Source: Spirochaetia bacterium
GTDB lineage: Bacteria; Spirochaetota; Spirochaetia; SZUA-6; Bin103
NCBI GenBank assembly: GCA_965199955.1
Contig: CBDATQ010000001.1
Coordinates: forward strand, 1,344,001 to 1,408,000
Direction: 5' to 3'
DNA: 64,000 nucleotides
Positions 61,101-64,000 of this stretch are shown here, piece by piece. The notes under the pieces were generated by a model. The model was not told where the DNA came from. It did no database searches and saw only the letters and a list, made by a program, of their open reading frames with translations. Positions within the stretch are counted from its first letter, which is position 1, and each line of letters begins with the position of its first letter. A program made the position numbers and the translations under genes.

Positions 61101-62180
61101 TCAACTCAGGCCGAGCCGTCCCATCACGTCGCCCTGCAGCGAGCCGCGCAGGTCGAGCTCCTCGGCGAGGTGACAGGCGACCATGCGGTCTCCAAGCGGG
61201 CGCAACTCGGGCACCTCCGCCTCGCAGCGCTGCTGCCGATAGGGGCAGCGCGGATGGAACGGGCATCCGCTCGGCTTGTTGAGGGGTGAGGGCACCTGGC
61301 CTTCCAGGATGACACGCTCCACCTTGCGCTTGGGGTCGGGTTGCGGAATCGCCGTGAGCAGCGCCTCCGAGTAGGGGTGCCGCGGCTCGCGGAACAGCTC
61401 CGTGGTGGCGCCGACCTCGACCAGGTTGCCCAAGTACATCACCCCCATGCGGTCGCTGATGTGGGAGAGCACCGACAGGTCGTGGGCGATGAAGAGCATG
61501 GTCAGCCCCAGCCTGTCGCGCAGGTCCTCGATCAGGTTGAGGATCTGCCCCTGGATCGACATGTCCAGGGCGGAGACCGGTTCGTCGGCCAGGATCAGCT
61601 TCGGCTCCAGGGCCAGCGCGCGGGCGATGCCGACGCGCTGCTTCTGGCCGCCGGAGAGCTCGTGGGGGAAGCGGTTCAGGTGGCTGGAATCCAGGCCCAC
61701 CAGGCGCAGGAGCTCGTCCACCCGCTCGGCTATCGCGCGGCGCCCGCCCAGGCCGTGCACGACCAGCGGCTCTCCGACGATGTTCTTGATCGTGAAGCGC
61801 GGGTTCAGCGACGAGTCGGGATCCTGAAAGACGACCTGCAGGTCGCGGCGGACGGGCTTGGTCTCGCGGGCCGGCAGCGTGGCGAGGTCGAGCCAGCCCC
61901 CGGCGTCGCGATACTCCTCCAGGCGATCGGTCCTGAGCAGCACCCGGCCACCGTCGGGGTCCACCAGGCGGGCGATGCTGCGCACCACCGTGGTCTTGCC
62001 GCAGCCGCTCTCACCGGCCAGCGCGAAGGTTTCCTCCTTGTCCACCTCGAAGCTGACGCCGTCCACCGCCCGCACCTCGGCCACCTTGCGCTTCAGCAGG
62101 CCGGCGGTCACCGGGTAGTACTTGAACAGGTCCTCCACCCGCAGCAACGGTGCGGCGGCGGACGCGGTGTCCCGGCTCAT
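61101..62180 (-). CDS. dppF: Oligopeptide-family ABC ATPase (DppF/OppF-like)
   Basis: GESGCGKT, LSGGQKQR, ADEP, HPY, GCPFHPRC. Confidence 0.93.
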   Translation of the reverse strand: MSRDTASAAAPLLRVEDLFKYYPVTAGLLKRKVAEVRAVDGVSFEVDKEETFALAGESGCGKTTVVRSIARLVDPDGGRVLLRTDRLEEYRDAGGWLDLATLPARETKPVRRDLQVVFQDPDSSLNPRFTIKNIVGEPLVVHGLGGRRAIAERVDELLRLVGLDSSHLNRFPHELSGGQKQRVGIARALALEPKLILADEPVSALDMSIQGQILNLIEDLRDRLGLTMLFIAHDLSVLSHISDRMGVMYLGNLVEVGATTELFREPRHPYSEALLTAIPQPDPKRKVERVILEGQVPSPLNKPSGCPFHPRCPYRQQRCEAEVPELRPLGDRMVACHLAEELDLRGSLQGDVMGRLGLS

Positions 62181-63226
62181 CGGGCCGCTCCGGCGGCCTC
62201 GGCCAACCCGGCTTCCTCGTGCAGCCAGCACTTGGACAGGTGGCCGGGAGCGGGACCGAAGTGCGGGGGATCCTGGTCGCAGACATCCCCGATGTACCGG
62301 TGGCAGCGGTAGCGGAAGCGGCAGCCCGAGAGCCGGGCATAGGGGTTGGGGACACTGCCGCGGATCGGCGCCAGGCGATGATGCTCGGCAGCGACGATGG
62401 GAATCGACTTGAGCAGCCCCTCGGTGTAGGGATGGGTGTGGCCGTAGAACACCTGGTCGGCGCTGCCTGCCTCCACGATCTGGCCCATGTACATGGTCAG
62501 CACGGTGTCGGCCATCTCTGCGATCAACCCCAAGTCGTGCGTGATGAACAGCACCGCCATGCCGAACTCCGCCTGCAGGCCCTGGATCAGGTCCATGATC
62601 TGCGCCTGAATCGTCACGTCCAGGCCGGTCGTGGGCTCGTCGGCGATCAGCAGCCTCGGGCGGCATGCCAGCGCCATGGCGATCATGGCGCGCTGGTTCA
62701 TGCCGCCGCTGAGCTCGAACGGGTACTGCTTGATGCGCCGCTCCGGGTCGCTGATGCCCACCCGGTCCAGCAGGTCGATGGTCTGAGACCGCGCTTCACC
62801 GCGGGTCATCTCCCGGTGCACGCGCAGCACCTCGCCGATCTGGTTGCCGACGGCGTGCACGGGGCTGAGTGCGGTCATCGGTTCCTGGAAGATCATGCTG
62901 ATCCGGTTGCCGCGGATGTCGCGGTACCGGTCGCCCTTGGGATCCAGGCTCACCAAGTCGATGGGCCGACCGTCCTCGTAGTAGTTGACCGTGCCGGTGA
63001 CACGCGCTGGCGGCATCGGCAGGATGCCCATGATGGCGCGTGCGGTCACGCTCTTGCCGCACCCCGATTCGCCCATCACGCCCAAGGTCTGGTGGCTGCG
63101 GACCTCGAAGCTGACCCCGTCCACGGCGCGCAGCAGGCCTTCGGTCAGCCGGAACTCCACCTGCAGGTCGCGGACCTCGATCAGCAGGTCGTCGGGTGCC
63201 GCATTACCAGAGCCGGCGGCCGGCAT
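62177..63226 (-). CDS. dppD: Oligopeptide-family ABC ATPase (DppD/OppD-like)
   Basis: GESGCGKS, FQEP, LSGGMNQR, ADEPTT, THDL. Confidence 0.93.
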   Translation of the reverse strand: MPAAGSGNAAPDDLLIEVRDLQVEFRLTEGLLRAVDGVSFEVRSHQTLGVMGESGCGKSVTARAIMGILPMPPARVTGTVNYYEDGRPIDLVSLDPKGDRYRDIRGNRISMIFQEPMTALSPVHAVGNQIGEVLRVHREMTRGEARSQTIDLLDRVGISDPERRIKQYPFELSGGMNQRAMIAMALACRPRLLIADEPTTGLDVTIQAQIMDLIQGLQAEFGMAVLFITHDLGLIAEMADTVLTMYMGQIVEAGSADQVFYGHTHPYTEGLLKSIPIVAAEHHRLAPIRGSVPNPYARLSGCRFRYRCHRYIGDVCDQDPPHFGPAPGHLSKCWLHEEAGLAEAAGAAR

Positions 63227-63241
63227 GCTGGGGATGCTACC

Positions 63242-64000
63242 TCAGCCCACGTCGCCGCGCCAAGCGGGCTCCTCCTCCTGCTCCACGTAGAACACGCCTT
63301 CGATATCACGCTCGCCGACCGCGGGCAAAGGCTGGTTGTGGTGCACGACCAGGATACGGTCGTCGTCGGCGTACGCGAAGCTGGGATAGCCCTGTCCCAT
63401 GGCATGGAACTGCATCAGGAACGACAGGTACATGGCGCCGCCCCAGATGTGGGTCTCGCCGCTCCAGTCCAGCCCATCCTCCTTGACGTAACAGAAGGCG
63501 ACGCTGCCGATGTGCATCTGGTCCATCTCGGCGACGTGCCGGTAGCCGCAGATGACCGTGCCGGTCCGCGTCAGGAACAGCGACGGGGAGTGGCCGTAGC
63601 GGGGATCGGACCAGCCCACCATCTCGTGGCTGCTCCAGGTGGCGCCGTTGTCGTCACTCCAGTTGCAGAACAACGGCCCGACCCCGTGCCCGTGAGTGTT
63701 GGAGGGATCGCGGTTGACGCACAGGATGCGGCCGGAGGGAAGCTGCAGGAAGTCGGCCTCGTCCCCGGAGTAGCGGTCGCAGGCGGCGGTCACGTAGCCG
63801 TCCCAGGTGTCGCCGCCGTCGAGCGAAGTGAGGTATCCATGGCGGCCGAAACGGTCGCCTTCGTGCCGGCCGATGATCGGCAGGATGACCGTCCCGTCGT
63901 GCAGGGTGCGGATCTTGCCGTAGGAGATCGCCGACGACCACCCTGATGCCGGACCCGGCCCCGGTACCACGACGATGGGCTCCGTCCAGGTGTGCCCCTG
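63242..64000 (-). CDS. BNR/Asp-box sialidase-like protein, 3' part (5' end beyond window)
   Basis: SLDGGDTW, SDDNGATW, DEAD, GYPS. Confidence 0.8.
   Translation of the reverse strand, partial: QGHTWTEPIVVVPGPGPASGWSSAISYGKIRTLHDGTVILPIIGRHEGDRFGRHGYLTSLDGGDTWDGYVTAACDRYSGDEADFLQLPSGRILCVNRDPSNTHGHGVGPLFCNWSDDNGATWSSHEMVGWSDPRYGHSPSLFLTRTGTVICGYRHVAEMDQMHIGSVAFCYVKEDGLDWSGETHIWGGAMYLSFLMQFHAMGQGYPSFAYADDDRILVVHHNQPLPAVGERDIEGVFYVEQEEEPAWRGDVG

Overview
This is a very GC-rich (roughly 70% by eye) bacterial window. The signal peptide style of the first solute-binding protein (…AGAFATGEEE, no lipobox Cys) suggests a spirochaete-like organism, but that is inference only. Most of the window is a dense catabolic region for modified carbohydrates. 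It holds two Cys-type sulfatases, six BNR/Asp-box (sialidase-like) genes, five copies or fragments of one uncharacterised beta-propeller family, an oligogalacturonate-lyase-like protein, a PL26/YetA-like protein and an SGNH esterase. It also holds five SDRs, two Gfo/Idh/MocA oxidoreductases, a lactonase, two enolase-family dehydratases, a DHDPS-family lyase, a DgaE/SelA-like PLP enzyme, several amidohydrolases, and ABC and MFS transporters. Accessory DNA sits at about 19.2-26.1 kb (Fic-HTH gene, toxin-antitoxin remnant, PPC-repeat protein, AAA/PD-(D/E)XK remnant, IS66, ISNCY/IS5-type transposase), at 37 kb (Uma2) and at 47 kb (hicAB remnant). Many genes carry 1-bp frameshifts that may be long-read errors. 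About a dozen multi-codon deletion or fusion junctions point to real decay or misassembly. I saw no rRNA, tRNA or CRISPR. The best unexplained signals are a degenerate three-armed ~60-bp repeat on both sides of the Fic-HTH gene, broken toxins beside intact antitoxins, repeated leaderless -10/ATG arrangements, and a possible cytoplasmic pathway for sulfated or acylated acidic glycans. None of these can be shown to be a new system from sequence alone.
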